64,000 nucleotides of DNA from Trueperaceae bacterium. Its GTDB lineage: Bacteria > Deinococcota > Deinococci > Deinococcales > Trueperaceae. Made by a program: the position numbers and the translations under genes. This document shows, piece after piece, positions 1 through 10,186 of the stretch; positions within the stretch are counted from its first letter, which is position 1; the number at the start of each line of letters is the position of its first letter. The stretch lies in assembly GCA_965213705.1 (NCBI GenBank), contig OZ243913.1:544001-608000 (forward strand), written 5' to 3'. The notes under the pieces were generated by a model. It made no database searches and had not been told where the DNA came from. It was given only the letters and a program-made list of their open reading frames with translations.

Positions 1-76
1 CATCCGGCTCAGGGCGCGTCTCGGCCGCTCGAGCAGGGTGCTTTTTGGGTCGGGTTGAATCTGAATGTAATTGATT

Positions 77-160
77 GTCGGTAGTCAGTAGCTACGAACT
101 CTACTGAACTACCGAATTTTTGACCGCTGAATTTTTGACTACCGACTTCTGACTCCTGCC
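77..160. repeat. 7-nt-period intergenic repeat tract with inverted arms
   Basis: GTCGGTAGTCA (77-87) is the exact reverse complement of TGACTACCGAC (136-146); degenerate heptamer units (ACTACCG, ACCGCTG, ACTTCTG, ACTCCTG). Confidence 0.6.
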
Positions 161-167
161 ACCCACC

Positions 168-854
168 TCAGCGTTCGTCGATAAGTTCGGCGTCGTTGGG
201 AATGTAGGTGACTTCGCCCGCGTCCAAACCCTGGTCGCGGGCGAAGTCCTCCAGGGTGAGCTGGGCGAGGACTGTGTCTTCCGGGCTGTAAAACGTCAGG
301 ATGTAGGGCCGCCATTCGGCCTCGACGATTGAGGTGTCCACGTAAGCGACGAGCGCGTCCGGCTCTTCGTTGACGAAACGCATGTTGTAGACGTTGCCGA
401 CCGGGCTGTCGCTGTAACCCGTCACGCTCGCCGTCCAGCCGCGAAACAGCTGCTCGGGGTTGAAGGTGAAGTCGAAACCCTGGTCGACGTTGCCGCCCGG
501 AAACAGTCCGCCCAACGCGTCGGGGTCGTCGGTGGGGAAGATGGTGGCTTGGTTGGTCAAAAACACGTAGTTGTACACCGCGTCGCCGTCCAGCACGACA
601 AAGTTGTCGGCCAGCGCGTCGGGCTGGATAAATTCGGCTCGAGCCGCCTCGACGTCGGGGATGACCTGCACCTGGACTTCCAGGGCGATTTGCGTGCCGT
701 CCGGGTCGGTGAGGTTGCCGGTCAACAGAAAGCTCGCGTCTTGCAGCGTTTCGGCGGCGGTTTTGAGGTTCGCCAGCACCTCGTCGCTGCTCAGTTGGGC
801 GTGGCTCAGGCCCGCCAGGGCGACGACCAGCAGGGCGTAGAAAAACTTTTTCAT
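168..854 (-). CDS. LolA-like outer-membrane lipoprotein carrier/sorting protein
   Basis: Signal peptide MKKFFYALLVVALAGLSHA; AAGGAG RBS; LolA-like segment EFIQPDALADNFVVLDGDAVYNY. Confidence 0.7.
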   Translation of the reverse strand: MKKFFYALLVVALAGLSHAQLSSDEVLANLKTAAETLQDASFLLTGNLTDPDGTQIALEVQVQVIPDVEAARAEFIQPDALADNFVVLDGDAVYNYVFLTNQATIFPTDDPDALGGLFPGGNVDQGFDFTFNPEQLFRGWTASVTGYSDSPVGNVYNMRFVNEEPDALVAYVDTSIVEAEWRPYILTFYSPEDTVLAQLTLEDFARDQGLDAGEVTYIPNDAELIDER

Positions 855-1110
855 TGGACTCCTTAGTAAACGGTTTGGGTGAACGGGTTGAGAAAACGAC
901 GGGTGCGACCGGCTCCGGCAATGATACCTTTGCGCGCGTCCGCGGGCGGTTGCGGTGACGTGTTTGTAAGTATCGCTCGAGATTTTCAGGTGCCCGGTGA
1001 GAGGACGGAAAACCCGTTCTTCACGTTCTCATGAAGGTGAAGAGACTTTTATAAACTCCACACTTGTTTTTGCGGGCGCGTGCTACCTTGGCGTTCAGAA
1101 AGGGGACGAA

Positions 1111-2349
1111 ATGAAAAAGTTACTCAGTTTGTTGTCTTTGGTACTGCTTTTCAGCGTTGCGTCCGCCCAAGAAAGCGTCGTCATCAGCCCTCAGTCGATT
1201 GTCGTCAACCCCAAGCCGTCGTTCAACGTCGAGGTGTTTACCGACCGCGACACCTCGGGCGAGGGCATTCCCACTTATCAAATCGGTGAGCAAATCACCA
1301 TCGGCGTGCGGGTCAGCTCGGCGGCCTACATCTACTTGTTCAACATCAAGTCGAACGGTGAGATTCAGCAGATTTTGCCGAACCGCTACGACCAGCAAGG
1401 CCAAAACAACTTCTTGGAGGTGGGCCAAACGCGCTATTTTCCGCGTCCCGACGCGCCCTACACCTTTGACATCGCGGGGCCGCGCGGCCTCGACAAGGTT
1501 ATCGCGGTCGCCAGCAAGGACCCGATTGACACCTCGCAACTCGCCAACTTCAGCCAAGACCCCAACTTCGCCTCGAGCAACGCGGGCGAACAGAGCTTCG
1601 CGCAGAGCTTGAGCATCGTCGTTCGTCCCAAGCCGCAAAACAGCTGGGTCACCGACACCGCGCTGCTCTACGTCGGCTCGGCTCCGGCCACGCCCGTTTA
1701 CGGCACGCTCAACATTACCTCCAGCCCATCCGGCGCGGAAGCCTTCGTCGATGGCCAGTTCGTCGGTTACACGCCGGTGCGCTACGGCACCCAGGCCGGC
1801 AGCCACGAGGTGCGCGTGCAACTGAGCGGCTACAACACCTTTACCAACGACGTGAGTCTGGGCGGCGGCCAGAGCCTGCGCGTCGACGCGTCGTTAAGCG
1901 CGGTGCGGCGTACCGGCTCGGTGAGTTTCAGCAGCCAGCCGCGGGGCGCGCAAGTCTACGTCAACGGCTCGCTCATCGGCACCACGCCGACCGCCGCCAC
2001 CACGCTCGACGAGGGTAGCTACCAGGCCCGCTTCAGCTTGGGCGGTTACAGCGACGCGACGACCAACTTCACCGTCAACGCCAACACCTCACAGTCGGTG
2101 TCGGGCAACCTGCAACCCCTGTCGGGGACGCTTGTTATCAGCGCCAACGTGGGCGGCGCGGCGGTGCTCATTAACGGCCAACAGGTCGGCATTATTCCCA
2201 GCGGCAGCGGCCGCCTGACGGTGCCCGAATTGCCTGTGGGCAGCCACGAACTCGTGGTCGCCGCGCCCGGTTTCAGGACCTTTATGACCGAATTTCAAAT
2301 CGACCCCGGTCAGACCACCGAAATTCGCGTCCAACAGTCGCGGCGCTGA
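1111..2349 (+). CDS. Secreted DUF4384 + PEGA-repeat (S-layer-like) protein
   Basis: Start moved to ATG 1111 (signal peptide MKKLLSLLSLVLL); ISPQSIVVNP N-terminus; PEGA repeats (SSPSGAEAFVDGQFVGYTP, SQPRGAQVYVNGSLIGTTP). Confidence 0.85.
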   Translation: MKKLLSLLSLVLLFSVASAQESVVISPQSIVVNPKPSFNVEVFTDRDTSGEGIPTYQIGEQITIGVRVSSAAYIYLFNIKSNGEIQQILPNRYDQQGQNNFLEVGQTRYFPRPDAPYTFDIAGPRGLDKVIAVASKDPIDTSQLANFSQDPNFASSNAGEQSFAQSLSIVVRPKPQNSWVTDTALLYVGSAPATPVYGTLNITSSPSGAEAFVDGQFVGYTPVRYGTQAGSHEVRVQLSGYNTFTNDVSLGGGQSLRVDASLSAVRRTGSVSFSSQPRGAQVYVNGSLIGTTPTAATTLDEGSYQARFSLGGYSDATTNFTVNANTSQSVSGNLQPLSGTLVISANVGGAAVLINGQQVGIIPSGSGRLTVPELPVGSHELVVAAPGFRTFMTEFQIDPGQTTEIRVQQSRR

Positions 2350-2375
2350 ACAGAGTCTACAAGCCAGTGTTTGCA

Positions 2376-2416
2376 AATCAGCAAAGACGCCCCGCAACGG
2401 GGCGTCTTTGCTGATT
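2376..2416 (+). terminator. Strong hairpin after the PEGA gene (probable terminator)
   Basis: Perfect 19-bp stem AATCAGCAAAGACGCCCCG / CGGGGCGTCTTTGCTGATT with CAA loop. Confidence 0.75.
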
Positions 2417-2465
2417 GGTTGTTCGCAGTTCGTTTTTCGTTGTTCACAATCGCTGCCGAACAACC
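2417..2465. repeat. 7-nt-period repeat tract with inverted arms
   Basis: TTGTTCG CAGTTCG TTTTTCG TTGTTCA; GGTTGTTCG (2417-2425) pairs with CGAACAACC (2457-2465). Confidence 0.55.
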
Positions 2466-2532
2466 GGCCCAAACACCAGACGAACGACAAAAAAGTAACG
2501 ATGAACTACCCCGCAGGTATAGAATCAGTTTC

Positions 2533-3294
2533 GTGGACGCTACCGAACCCCTCGTCGCCGCCGTCGTGCTTGGGGGCGGCGCAGCCGAAGACGCCCTGGC
2601 GCGGGCGGCGGGGGTGGCAACCAAGGCGCTCGTACCGCTGGGCGGTAAGCCGCTGGGCGCGTACGTGTTGGCGGCGTTGCGGGAAAGTTGCCTTATAAAA
2701 CACGTAACTTATGTCGGGGCGTGCGCCGGGCTCGAGCCTTTCGACGTTTGTGTTCCGGCCGGGCGAACGCTCGCTCACAGTCTGGCGCTGGGTCTGGGGT
2801 CCGCGCTCGCGCAGCGACCCGCGCGGCTCCTCGTCTTGTCTGCAGACACTCCCTGGATAACGCCCCAGGTGCTCGACCGCTTCGTTGCGGACGCGCCCGC
2901 CGCCGACCTCGTCTATCCGGTGATTCCGCAGGCGGTCGCCGAGGCGCGCTTTCCGGGTCAAAAACGCACCTACGCGGCGGTGCGCGAAGGCCGCTTTACC
3001 GGCGGCAACATGACGCTGCTGACCCCGGCGGCGGTGGGCGCGCTGCTCACCTTTATCGACCGGCTTTACGGAGGCCGCAAAAACCCGCTGGCGCTGGCCG
3101 CCATTTTCGGTTTCGACACGGTCGTCAAGCTGATGTCGGGACGAATCACGATTCCCGAACTCGAGGCTAGAGCTACAAAACTGCTGGGCGTCTCGGCGCG
3201 TGCCTACGTCAGCCCCGACGCCTCGCTCGGCGCGGATATCGACAAGCTGGAGCACCTTCGGGCGGCGGAGTTGGCAGTACCGAGGACCGAGTAA
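2533..3294 (+). CDS. MobA-like NTP transferase family protein
   Basis: AVVLGGG...KALVPLGGKPL N-terminal motif, LSADTP, C-terminal DIDK; GTG 2533 lies 7 nt after TAGAAT. Confidence 0.8.
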   Translation: MDATEPLVAAVVLGGGAAEDALARAAGVATKALVPLGGKPLGAYVLAALRESCLIKHVTYVGACAGLEPFDVCVPAGRTLAHSLALGLGSALAQRPARLLVLSADTPWITPQVLDRFVADAPAADLVYPVIPQAVAEARFPGQKRTYAAVREGRFTGGNMTLLTPAAVGALLTFIDRLYGGRKNPLALAAIFGFDTVVKLMSGRITIPELEARATKLLGVSARAYVSPDASLGADIDKLEHLRAAELAVPRTE

Positions 3295-3310
3295 AAAGTA
3301 CCGAGTGAGA
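3276..3310 (+). repeat. AGTACCG heptamer tract overlapping the stop codon
   Basis: AGTACCG AGGACCG AGTAAAA AGTACCG AGTGAGA in exact 7-nt phase; same unit at 52244 and 53164. Confidence 0.65.
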
Positions 3311-3325
3311 GCTTCACCTTGGGAC

Positions 3326-4147
3326 TCAGTTCTCGGCACTGTCCAGCAGCTTTCGCAACCCGGTCAGGTCCTTTTTCAGCACGGCTTTTTCGCTGCGCCA
3401 TTCGAACGGCGCGCCGACGCCGCCGTACTCGAACGCGACCGTTTCGGGGGTGGCCCAACGTCCGGTGCGAATGTGTTCAAAGGCCCGCGCCATAACTTTC
3501 CAATCCGACCCGGTAAAGCCGAAATGGTCGCGCACCCGTTCTTCAAAAAAGAGGATGCCGGTGAGGTGCAGTTCGGCGAGGCGGTGCAGGGGCAAGGCCT
3601 CGAGGTAGTCCCACAGCGCCACGCCGGAACTTTCAACCGCCAGGTAGTGCGCGGCGATGCGGGCGTGCGACAGGTCGAGGAGCATTCCGCAGCCGGTCTC
3701 GGCGACGACGGCGCTCACCACTTCGGGCAGCGCGGCGGGGCGCAGGGTGTTCAGGGTGTGGCCGCGGTAGATGAGGTTTTCTGCGATGACGCGTTTCCCG
3801 AAGTGACCGGTCAAGCGCGCGACCTCTTTGATAAGCCAATCGGTGACCTGCTGGACGTCGTGGGGGGCTCGAGTGTCGAGCTTCATGTCCGGGAAGTTTT
3901 TGGGTGTCGCCTTCAAGTGGACGTTGACGTGAGGCGTGTCGGTCTTGTCCAGCAAGGTTTCGACCCTCGCTAAGTCGGCGTCTTGCAGCTCGCCCGTGAC
4001 GAGGGGGAAGTGGACGTAGACGGGCGCGACGCTTCCAGCCTCCTCAATCAAACCGTCCCAGTCGGGACACTTGAACAGGTCGACGTTGACGGCTCCGGCG
4101 CGCAGCAGTTCGGCGGCTTGCGGAGAGTAGTTGACGGCGAGCTTCAC
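3326..4147 (-). CDS. DUF692 family protein (multinuclear non-heme iron oxidase-like TIM barrel)
   Basis: AENL, LLDLSHARI, ELHLTG, RDH and FEY motifs; TAGACT-N6-GTG start. Confidence 0.7.
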   Translation of the reverse strand: MKLAVNYSPQAAELLRAGAVNVDLFKCPDWDGLIEEAGSVAPVYVHFPLVTGELQDADLARVETLLDKTDTPHVNVHLKATPKNFPDMKLDTRAPHDVQQVTDWLIKEVARLTGHFGKRVIAENLIYRGHTLNTLRPAALPEVVSAVVAETGCGMLLDLSHARIAAHYLAVESSGVALWDYLEALPLHRLAELHLTGILFFEERVRDHFGFTGSDWKVMARAFEHIRTGRWATPETVAFEYGGVGAPFEWRSEKAVLKKDLTGLRKLLDSAEN

Positions 4148-4280
4148 GAGTCGAGTCTACCTCGCACCCGTATTTGTAAGGGCGCGTAAGCTGAGGATGT
4201 TTTTGACGGGGTGAAGCGACTTAGACTTACCTTGTGAACAACCGGCCCAGGCTCGAGCCCCCTCTACTCAAGAGAAACGC

Positions 4281-5444
4281 GTGAACATCGCTATTCTTCT
4301 CCACGGCGGCGCGGGCGGCAGCGGCGTGGTCGCGACCGAACTCGGGCTGTGTTTTGCCGCCAAGGGCGACAACGTCCACTTCGTCGCCGACCGGGTGCCG
4401 TTTCGACTCACCGAGTTGGGCCTGCCGAACGTGTATTACCACCAGGTCGAGCGGATGACCTACCCGCTGTTCGACGCGCCGCTGACCACCCTCGCCGAGG
4501 CGTCGAAGCTGGCCGAAATTATCGAACAGTTCCACATCGACGTGATTCACGCCCACTACGCGGTGCCGCACGCGACCGCCGCGATTTTGGCGAGGGACAT
4601 GGTCAAAACCGTGCCGCGCCCGGTCGTGGTGACGACGCTCCACGGCACCGACGTGACCTTAGTCGGCCTGGACCGGGCTTACTTGCGCACCACGCAGTAC
4701 TCTATTGAGAACAGCGACCTCGTCACGGCGGTGAGTCGCTACCTGGCCGACTACACAAAGCTCGAGATGGGCGTGACGCGCGACGTCGCGGTGATTCCCA
4801 ACGCCGTCGACCACACCCGCTTTACCCCGCGGGACCAACCCGAGTTGCGCCAGCGCTACGCCCACAAGGACGAAAAACTGCTCATCCACATCTCCAACTT
4901 TCGCCCGGTCAAGCGCGTGACCGACGTAGTGCGGGTGTTCGCCGCAGTGTCTGGGCGTATGGACGCGCGCCTGCTCATGGTCGGCGACGGCCCCGACCGG
5001 CACGAGGCGTTCGAGTTGGCCTCTGACTTGGGCGTAAGTGGTCGCGTGTCGTTCTTAGGGAGTTTTCCGCGCATCGAGGACGTGCTCGCGGTCTGCGACC
5101 TGTTTTTGCTGCCGAGCGTCAAGGAGTCGTTCGGTTTGTCCGCTTTAGAGGCGATGGCGAGCGGCGTCCCGGTCGTTGCCAGCCGCACGGGCGGCGTCCC
5201 CGAAGTCGTCGCGGACGGCGTAACCGGCCTTTTGTGCGCCGAGAAAGATGTCGAGGGCATGGCGGCAGCGGCGCTGAAACTCCTCACCGACGAAGCCCTG
5301 CACGCGCGGTTCGCTCGCGCCGCCAGGAAGCGCGCCGTGACTGAATTCAGCGAGGGTAAAATCGTCCCCCAGTACCGACGCGCTTACGACGAGGCGTTGT
5401 CGAGCAGGTCGGACTTTCTCAGGCCGGCGTCGAGCGGCAAATAA
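4281..5444 (+). CDS. bshA: N-acetyl-alpha-D-glucosaminyl L-malate synthase (bacillithiol biosynthesis)
   Basis: [54 protein letters not shown]. Confidence 0.92.
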   Translation: MNIAILLHGGAGGSGVVATELGLCFAAKGDNVHFVADRVPFRLTELGLPNVYYHQVERMTYPLFDAPLTTLAEASKLAEIIEQFHIDVIHAHYAVPHATAAILARDMVKTVPRPVVVTTLHGTDVTLVGLDRAYLRTTQYSIENSDLVTAVSRYLADYTKLEMGVTRDVAVIPNAVDHTRFTPRDQPELRQRYAHKDEKLLIHISNFRPVKRVTDVVRVFAAVSGRMDARLLMVGDGPDRHEAFELASDLGVSGRVSFLGSFPRIEDVLAVCDLFLLPSVKESFGLSALEAMASGVPVVASRTGGVPEVVADGVTGLLCAEKDVEGMAAAALKLLTDEALHARFARAARKRAVTEFSEGKIVPQYRRAYDEALSSRSDFLRPASSGK

Positions 5445-6412
5445 GGCTTCGCGCCGACCGTCCAGTCGGAGGGGGCGCCGAGGTTGTGACCCGCGGCCAG
5501 CGCAACCATCGCGCCGTTGTCGGTGGCTAAACTGAGGGGCGGAAAGTAGGTTTTCAAACTCGTCGCGGCAAAGCGCTCGCGCAAGCGCCGGTTGGCGGCG
5601 ACGCCCCCGGCGACGACGATGTTTGAACGACCCGTCGCCGTAGCGGCGCGCAGGGTGACGGACAGTAAACTCTCCACCACGGTCTTCTCGAAACTCGCCG
5701 CCACGTCTTCCCGGACGGCTTGCGGCTCCTTTTGAAGCAGCGTCGCGACCGCCGTTTTCAAGCCGCTGAACGAGAAGTCGAAGCCGTCTTGTCCGCGTAG
5801 CGGCACCGTGAACCCATAAGCCGCGTCGTTGCCGGTCGCGGCCAGCGCGCTCAGCGCCGCGCCGCCCGCCGACAAGCCAAGCAACCGCGCGACCTTGTCG
5901 AACGCTTCCCCGGCGGCGTCGTCGCGGGACTTGCCGAGTTCCGAATAGTCGCCCCAGGCCCTGACCTCGAACAGGCTCGTGTGGCCGCCCGACGCGATAA
6001 GGCACAAAAAGGGCGGTGACGGTTCTCCTGCCGTCTCGCTCGCTGCCAAGCTCGAGGCGATGTGACCTTCTAAGTGATGCACCGGAACGAACCTTCTGTC
6101 GAGCGACCAGGCCAACGCCTTGGCGTAGGTCAGCCCGACGAGCAGCGCCCCGACCAAGCCGGGTCCGTAGGTTGCGGCGACTATGTCGACGTCACTCAGG
6201 GTCACACCCGCCGCTCGAAGCGCCCGCTGCAAAACCTCGTCGATGACCGTCAGGTGCTCGCGGCTCGCCGCTTCGGGCATCACGCCGCCGTAGCGCGTAG
6301 CGAGCGCCGTTTGCGAGGCGACCACGTTGGCGAGCACCGCGCCGCCCCGCGTTATACCGACGCCGGTATCGTCGCAAGAGGTGTCGATGCCGAGGATGAG
6401 GGGCGCGTTCAC
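5384..6412 (-). CDS. tsaD: tRNA N6-adenosine threonylcarbamoyltransferase
   Basis: ILGIDTSCDDT, PEAASREH, HHLEGH, SGGHT, DDAAGEAFDK, FSFSGLKT, TDNGAM; 3' end overlaps bshA convergently. Confidence 0.95.
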   Translation of the reverse strand: MNAPLILGIDTSCDDTGVGITRGGAVLANVVASQTALATRYGGVMPEAASREHLTVIDEVLQRALRAAGVTLSDVDIVAATYGPGLVGALLVGLTYAKALAWSLDRRFVPVHHLEGHIASSLAASETAGEPSPPFLCLIASGGHTSLFEVRAWGDYSELGKSRDDAAGEAFDKVARLLGLSAGGAALSALAATGNDAAYGFTVPLRGQDGFDFSFSGLKTAVATLLQKEPQAVREDVAASFEKTVVESLLSVTLRAATATGRSNIVVAGGVAANRRLRERFAATSLKTYFPPLSLATDNGAMVALAAGHNLGAPSDWTVGAKPYLPLDAGLRKSDLLDNASS

Positions 6413-6635
6413 GGTTCCAAAGTAGCACGCGAAAAACGACCGAGGCGTGCCGAGGTTTCTTGCGTTCCGAATGCGGTGCGGCGAAAGGAGTCTTTTTACC
6501 GTAGTGCCCGGAGATTTCTTCGCATACGTTCAAAACGACGCACGAGACGGGTGACTGCGTTCGTCCCCGACTTTTTGAGTATTGTTCCAGGGCTCGAGTC
6601 GGGTTTGCTCGCGACGTTACCGGTACACTGACAGC

Positions 6636-7775
6636 GTGACGTTCGACGAAATGCTGCAGCACTATCACAACCTGGAGCCTCGAGCCCTCAACGGTCGTAC
6701 CGTGTTTACCAAACCGGGTGTGCGCGCTTACCCCGAGCTTCATCCGGCCGCCGAGCTGTTCGTAAAGGCCGAGGTCTCAGGCGGGGCCTTGCTCGACGCC
6801 AGCGGTTCCGCGGGCGCGGCGGCGCTGGCGGTTTTGGACGTTTTTGACAAGGCCGGATTGGACAAGGTCGGAGCGGTGACGGTGCTCGAGCCCTCCCGCG
6901 CCGCCCTGCGCTGCGCTCAAAAAACTTTTAGCGCGCCCAACGTCGTGCTGGCCGCGGGCGCGGTTTGGGACGCGCCCGCGGCCAAAGCCGACACGGTCTT
7001 GCTGACCCCGGCGACCGACCGGGGAAATGTGCGCGTCGCCGCGGAACTGGCGGGCGCGCACGCCGCGCTGCGGGACGGCGGCGCGGTCTACGCCGCCATG
7101 CACAAAGACCAGGGGGCGAAGCGGTACGAACAGTTGCTGGCGGCACGGTTCGGCAACGCCGAGATTCTCGCCAAAAACGGCGGCTGGCGGCTGGCGGCAG
7201 CCTACAAAAAAGGCGGCGAAGCGCCAGCCCTGAACCCGGTAAAGTTCGGGGCCGCCGGGCTCGAGCTGGTCGCGGAACCGGGCGTGTACGCGGCGGGCAA
7301 GCTCGACCCCGGCACGGCCCGGTTGCTCGAGGCCTACGACTTCGAGCACACGGCCGGCAAACGCGTCCTCGACCTTGGCTGCGGTTACGGCCTGCTGGCG
7401 CTTAAGGCCTCGCTCGCCGGGGCCGAGGTCACCGCGCTCGACGACGACCTCGCGGCGGTGCGCAGCACCTACCGGAACGCCCAAGCCTACGGCCTCGACC
7501 TGCGTCTGCTCCACTCGGACGTGAATTCAGAATTGAAAGAGGACGAGCGCTTCGACACTGTGCTGACGAACCCGCCGTTTCACGTCGGCAAGGGCGTACG
7601 GCTCGAGCTGCCCCACGCGTTCATCGCCGCGGCGTACAAACACCTTCGACCGGGCGGCGAGATGGTGTTGGTCGCCAACCGGGCGCTCGCCTACGAGTCC
7701 TTGCTGGCGCGTTTCGCGTACTGGGAAACGCTTCATACGGCGGGTGGCTTCAAGGTGCTGCGGGCGTTGCGGTAG
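6636..7775 (+). CDS. Class I SAM methyltransferase, RsmC-like
   Basis: PGVYAAGKLDPGT, VLDLGCGYG, NPPFH; start at GTG 6636 (TACACT-N6-GTG). Confidence 0.8.
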   Translation: MTFDEMLQHYHNLEPRALNGRTVFTKPGVRAYPELHPAAELFVKAEVSGGALLDASGSAGAAALAVLDVFDKAGLDKVGAVTVLEPSRAALRCAQKTFSAPNVVLAAGAVWDAPAAKADTVLLTPATDRGNVRVAAELAGAHAALRDGGAVYAAMHKDQGAKRYEQLLAARFGNAEILAKNGGWRLAAAYKKGGEAPALNPVKFGAAGLELVAEPGVYAAGKLDPGTARLLEAYDFEHTAGKRVLDLGCGYGLLALKASLAGAEVTALDDDLAAVRSTYRNAQAYGLDLRLLHSDVNSELKEDERFDTVLTNPPFHVGKGVRLELPHAFIAAAYKHLRPGGEMVLVANRALAYESLLARFAYWETLHTAGGFKVLRALR

Positions 7776-7897
7776 TTCTCGAGGGCAAAGCCCATTTTTG
7801 TTTGCACCTCACCGCAAGCCGAGACGGTCATCTTCAACTGTAACTTTCCGAGTTGTGACTGCTGAATTTCGAACTGCTGCGCCCTGGCTCCCGTCCT

Positions 7898-9352
7898 TCA
7901 GCCCAAAGCCAGCCGCGCCAGGCGCAGCAGCCGCGGCAGCGGGGTTTTGGGGAGCAGTTGCCAGGTGTGGCGGTGGCTTTTCGCCGCCCGTTCGACGCGG
8001 TCGAACATCTCCTCGAACAACGCGTCGGGCAGGTTGAGGGCGGGCGTCAGGCGGACGGTTTGAGAAGCGTTCAGGGTGAAGCACACGTGGACGCCGTGGA
8101 GGTGCAGCGCGCGCATGGCGAGGGCGCTGCCGAGTTGCTTGACCAGTTCGGTTTGGCCGGGCGCGAACCGTGACGCGACGACCGGGCGCAGTTGCAGCGC
8201 GAACAGCATCCCGGCCCCGCGCACCTCCTCGACGAAACCGGGGTAGCGCGCCTGAATCTCCCTGAGCCGCGCCAAACCGCGCTCGCCGAACACGCGCGAA
8301 CGCTCGACCAACCCTTCTTCGTGAATGATTTCCAACGACTTGAGTCCCACCGCCATCGCCAGCGAGCCGCCGCCGAAGGTGTTCGAGTGGCGTTTGCTCT
8401 CCAAACCGCCCAGGGCTTGTTTGACGATTTTTTTGCGCGCAATTGTCGCGCCGACGGGGACCAGACCGCCACCCAAGGGTTTGGCAAGCGTGATGATGTC
8501 CGGCTCGAGCCCGCCCGCCAAGGACGCGAACCAGTGCCCGGTGCGCCCCAAGCCCGACTGGATTTCGTCGGCAACGACGAGGAGGTCGTGTTTTTCGGCG
8601 AGCGCCTGCACCATCGGCAAAAACGCCTTGGGCGGCGTAATCACGCCCGCCTCGCCCTGGACGGGCTCCAGGATGATAGCGGCGATGTTGTTCGGCCCCA
8701 GCTCTCGCACCGCCCGCGCCAGCGCGCCCGCGTCGCCGTAGGGCAGCGTCTTCACGCCGGGCACCATCGGTCTGAACACGTGTTGATACTCCTCGTTGGG
8801 CGTCAGGCTCAGCGCGCCCAGGGTTTTGCCGTGGTAGGCCTTGGTAAAGTTCAGCAGGTAGCGCGCCCCCGGCCGCGCGGCGCGGGCGAACTTGACGGCC
8901 GCCTCGACGGCTTCCGCGCCGCTGTTTGAGAAAAACACCTGGCTGTCCGCGTGGCTCGGCGCTTCTCTTGCCAGCAGCGCAACGAGGTTGGTCTCTAAGG
9001 CCGCCCGCCACGCCGACGCCGACTGTTGCGGCAGGCTCATGGCAGTGTTCGCCTCCAAGTACCCCTTGATAAAACTCACCAGCGGTTCGTACCTCTCGCC
9101 GAACGGCAGCGCCGCGTAACCGCCCGCGTTGATGAGGTGCCGCCCGCGCTCGTCTTGAAGCTCCCAGGGGCTTGTCACCGTAAACGGTCCGCCGATGCCC
9201 AAAATGTCCAGTACCTTGATGAGGTCGCCGTTGCCGTACGCGGTTTCCAACTCGACGGTGCGTTGCGGGGGTAGGCCCGCCAATACGTCGGCCACGCTGA
9301 CGGGCAGGCCGGGGCGGGGTCCGGGCGCGGGTAAAGAGGGTTTGTCTGTCAA
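7898..9352 (-). CDS. Class III PLP-dependent aminotransferase
   Basis: NSGAEAVEAA, AYHGKT, LEPVQGEAG, ADEIQSGLGRTG, LAKPLGGG, SNTFGG. Confidence 0.9.
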   Translation of the reverse strand: MTDKPSLPAPGPRPGLPVSVADVLAGLPPQRTVELETAYGNGDLIKVLDILGIGGPFTVTSPWELQDERGRHLINAGGYAALPFGERYEPLVSFIKGYLEANTAMSLPQQSASAWRAALETNLVALLAREAPSHADSQVFFSNSGAEAVEAAVKFARAARPGARYLLNFTKAYHGKTLGALSLTPNEEYQHVFRPMVPGVKTLPYGDAGALARAVRELGPNNIAAIILEPVQGEAGVITPPKAFLPMVQALAEKHDLLVVADEIQSGLGRTGHWFASLAGGLEPDIITLAKPLGGGLVPVGATIARKKIVKQALGGLESKRHSNTFGGGSLAMAVGLKSLEIIHEEGLVERSRVFGERGLARLREIQARYPGFVEEVRGAGMLFALQLRPVVASRFAPGQTELVKQLGSALAMRALHLHGVHVCFTLNASQTVRLTPALNLPDALFEEMFDRVERAAKSHRHTWQLLPKTPLPRLLRLARLALG

Positions 9353-9948
9353 GGGAGCGGCTGGCTGGTCATGTTGCCGGCGCGGTCCTCCGCGGTGACG
9401 GTCGCGTCTTGCGCAGCGTCTACGTCGACGCTGAACTTGTACTCGCTCGTCGCCACGAACGCCAGCGCTTGGCCGGCAACGGTTATCAGCTTGACGAGGT
9501 CGTTGTCACGCGCTACGCCCCGCACCCGGACCCGCCCGCCGCCAAGGTCGGTAGGTTCTTGCACCTCGACGGTGGGGGGAACGGTGTCGAGTTGCAGTTC
9601 GTAAGTGTATTCGGTGACGCCTCCGGAGGTATCCGTCGCCACGATGGTCGAGGTAAAACGGTTTTTGTCGTCGGGCGTTATCCCAAACGCGAACTCGACC
9701 AGCTTTTTGCCCGCCTCACCTTGCAAGGTGGGATAGGTCAGGAGGTCTTTGCCGTTGACGACGATAGACGCCACACCCTCGTCGTCGAGCGCGTAGCCCC
9801 GAACCTCTAAGTTTTCGACCCTGCGGACCGCCCCGCTCGGCGGGTCGACAATGGTGATGATAGGCGCCATTTCGTCACCTCGCAGCAAACACCCCGTCAA
9901 GCTGAAGCTGACGACCAAACACAGTCCAAAAAGTGACAAGCGCCGCAC
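9349..9948 (-). CDS. Hypothetical lipoprotein with two Ig-like beta domains
   Basis: Lipobox LTGC; repeated VRGYALDD / VRGVARDND segments; start inferred from TAAAGT-N7-GTG. Confidence 0.6.
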   Translation of the reverse strand: MRRLSLFGLCLVVSFSLTGCLLRGDEMAPIITIVDPPSGAVRRVENLEVRGYALDDEGVASIVVNGKDLLTYPTLQGEAGKKLVEFAFGITPDDKNRFTSTIVATDTSGGVTEYTYELQLDTVPPTVEVQEPTDLGGGRVRVRGVARDNDLVKLITVAGQALAFVATSEYKFSVDVDAAQDATVTAEDRAGNMTSQPLP

Positions 9949-10155
9949 GGCTTGCACTTTACCCCACGCGTCGTTCGCGGTGTGTGAGTTCGCGGTTTGT
10001 ACGAGTTTGCAGTGTGTGCTTGTAATATGCAAGCTCACAAGGACGTGGGTCTGAGCGAGAAGCCTGTTCAACGCAACGTCTCAGGCGAAGCAAGACCCAC
10101 GAAAAAAAGGCGCGCCCTTTTTTAAGGGAGCGTGAACACCTTTCTCAAAGAAAAC

Positions 10156-10186
10156 TTGTGCGCCGGGCTTGTCAGGCGTATATAAT
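10156..10186 (+). promoter_or_regulatory. Candidate sigma70-type promoter of the peptide ABC operon
   Basis: TTGTGC at 10156, TATATAAT at 10179-10186. Confidence 0.45.

Noticed and set aside
139..921. 260-aa ORF overlapping the lolA-like gene, and the many other long Arg/Gly/Pro-rich alternative-frame or antisense ORFs (e.g. 7809-9011, 16344-17660, 31425-32828, 44463-45509, 55992-56972)
   Set aside because: Shadow ORFs expected in high-GC coding DNA; no motifs, and they overlap well-supported genes.
5384..5444. 61-bp convergent overlap of bshA and tsaD as antisense regulation
   Set aside because: Short tail overlaps are common in compact GC-rich genomes; nothing else supports a regulatory role.
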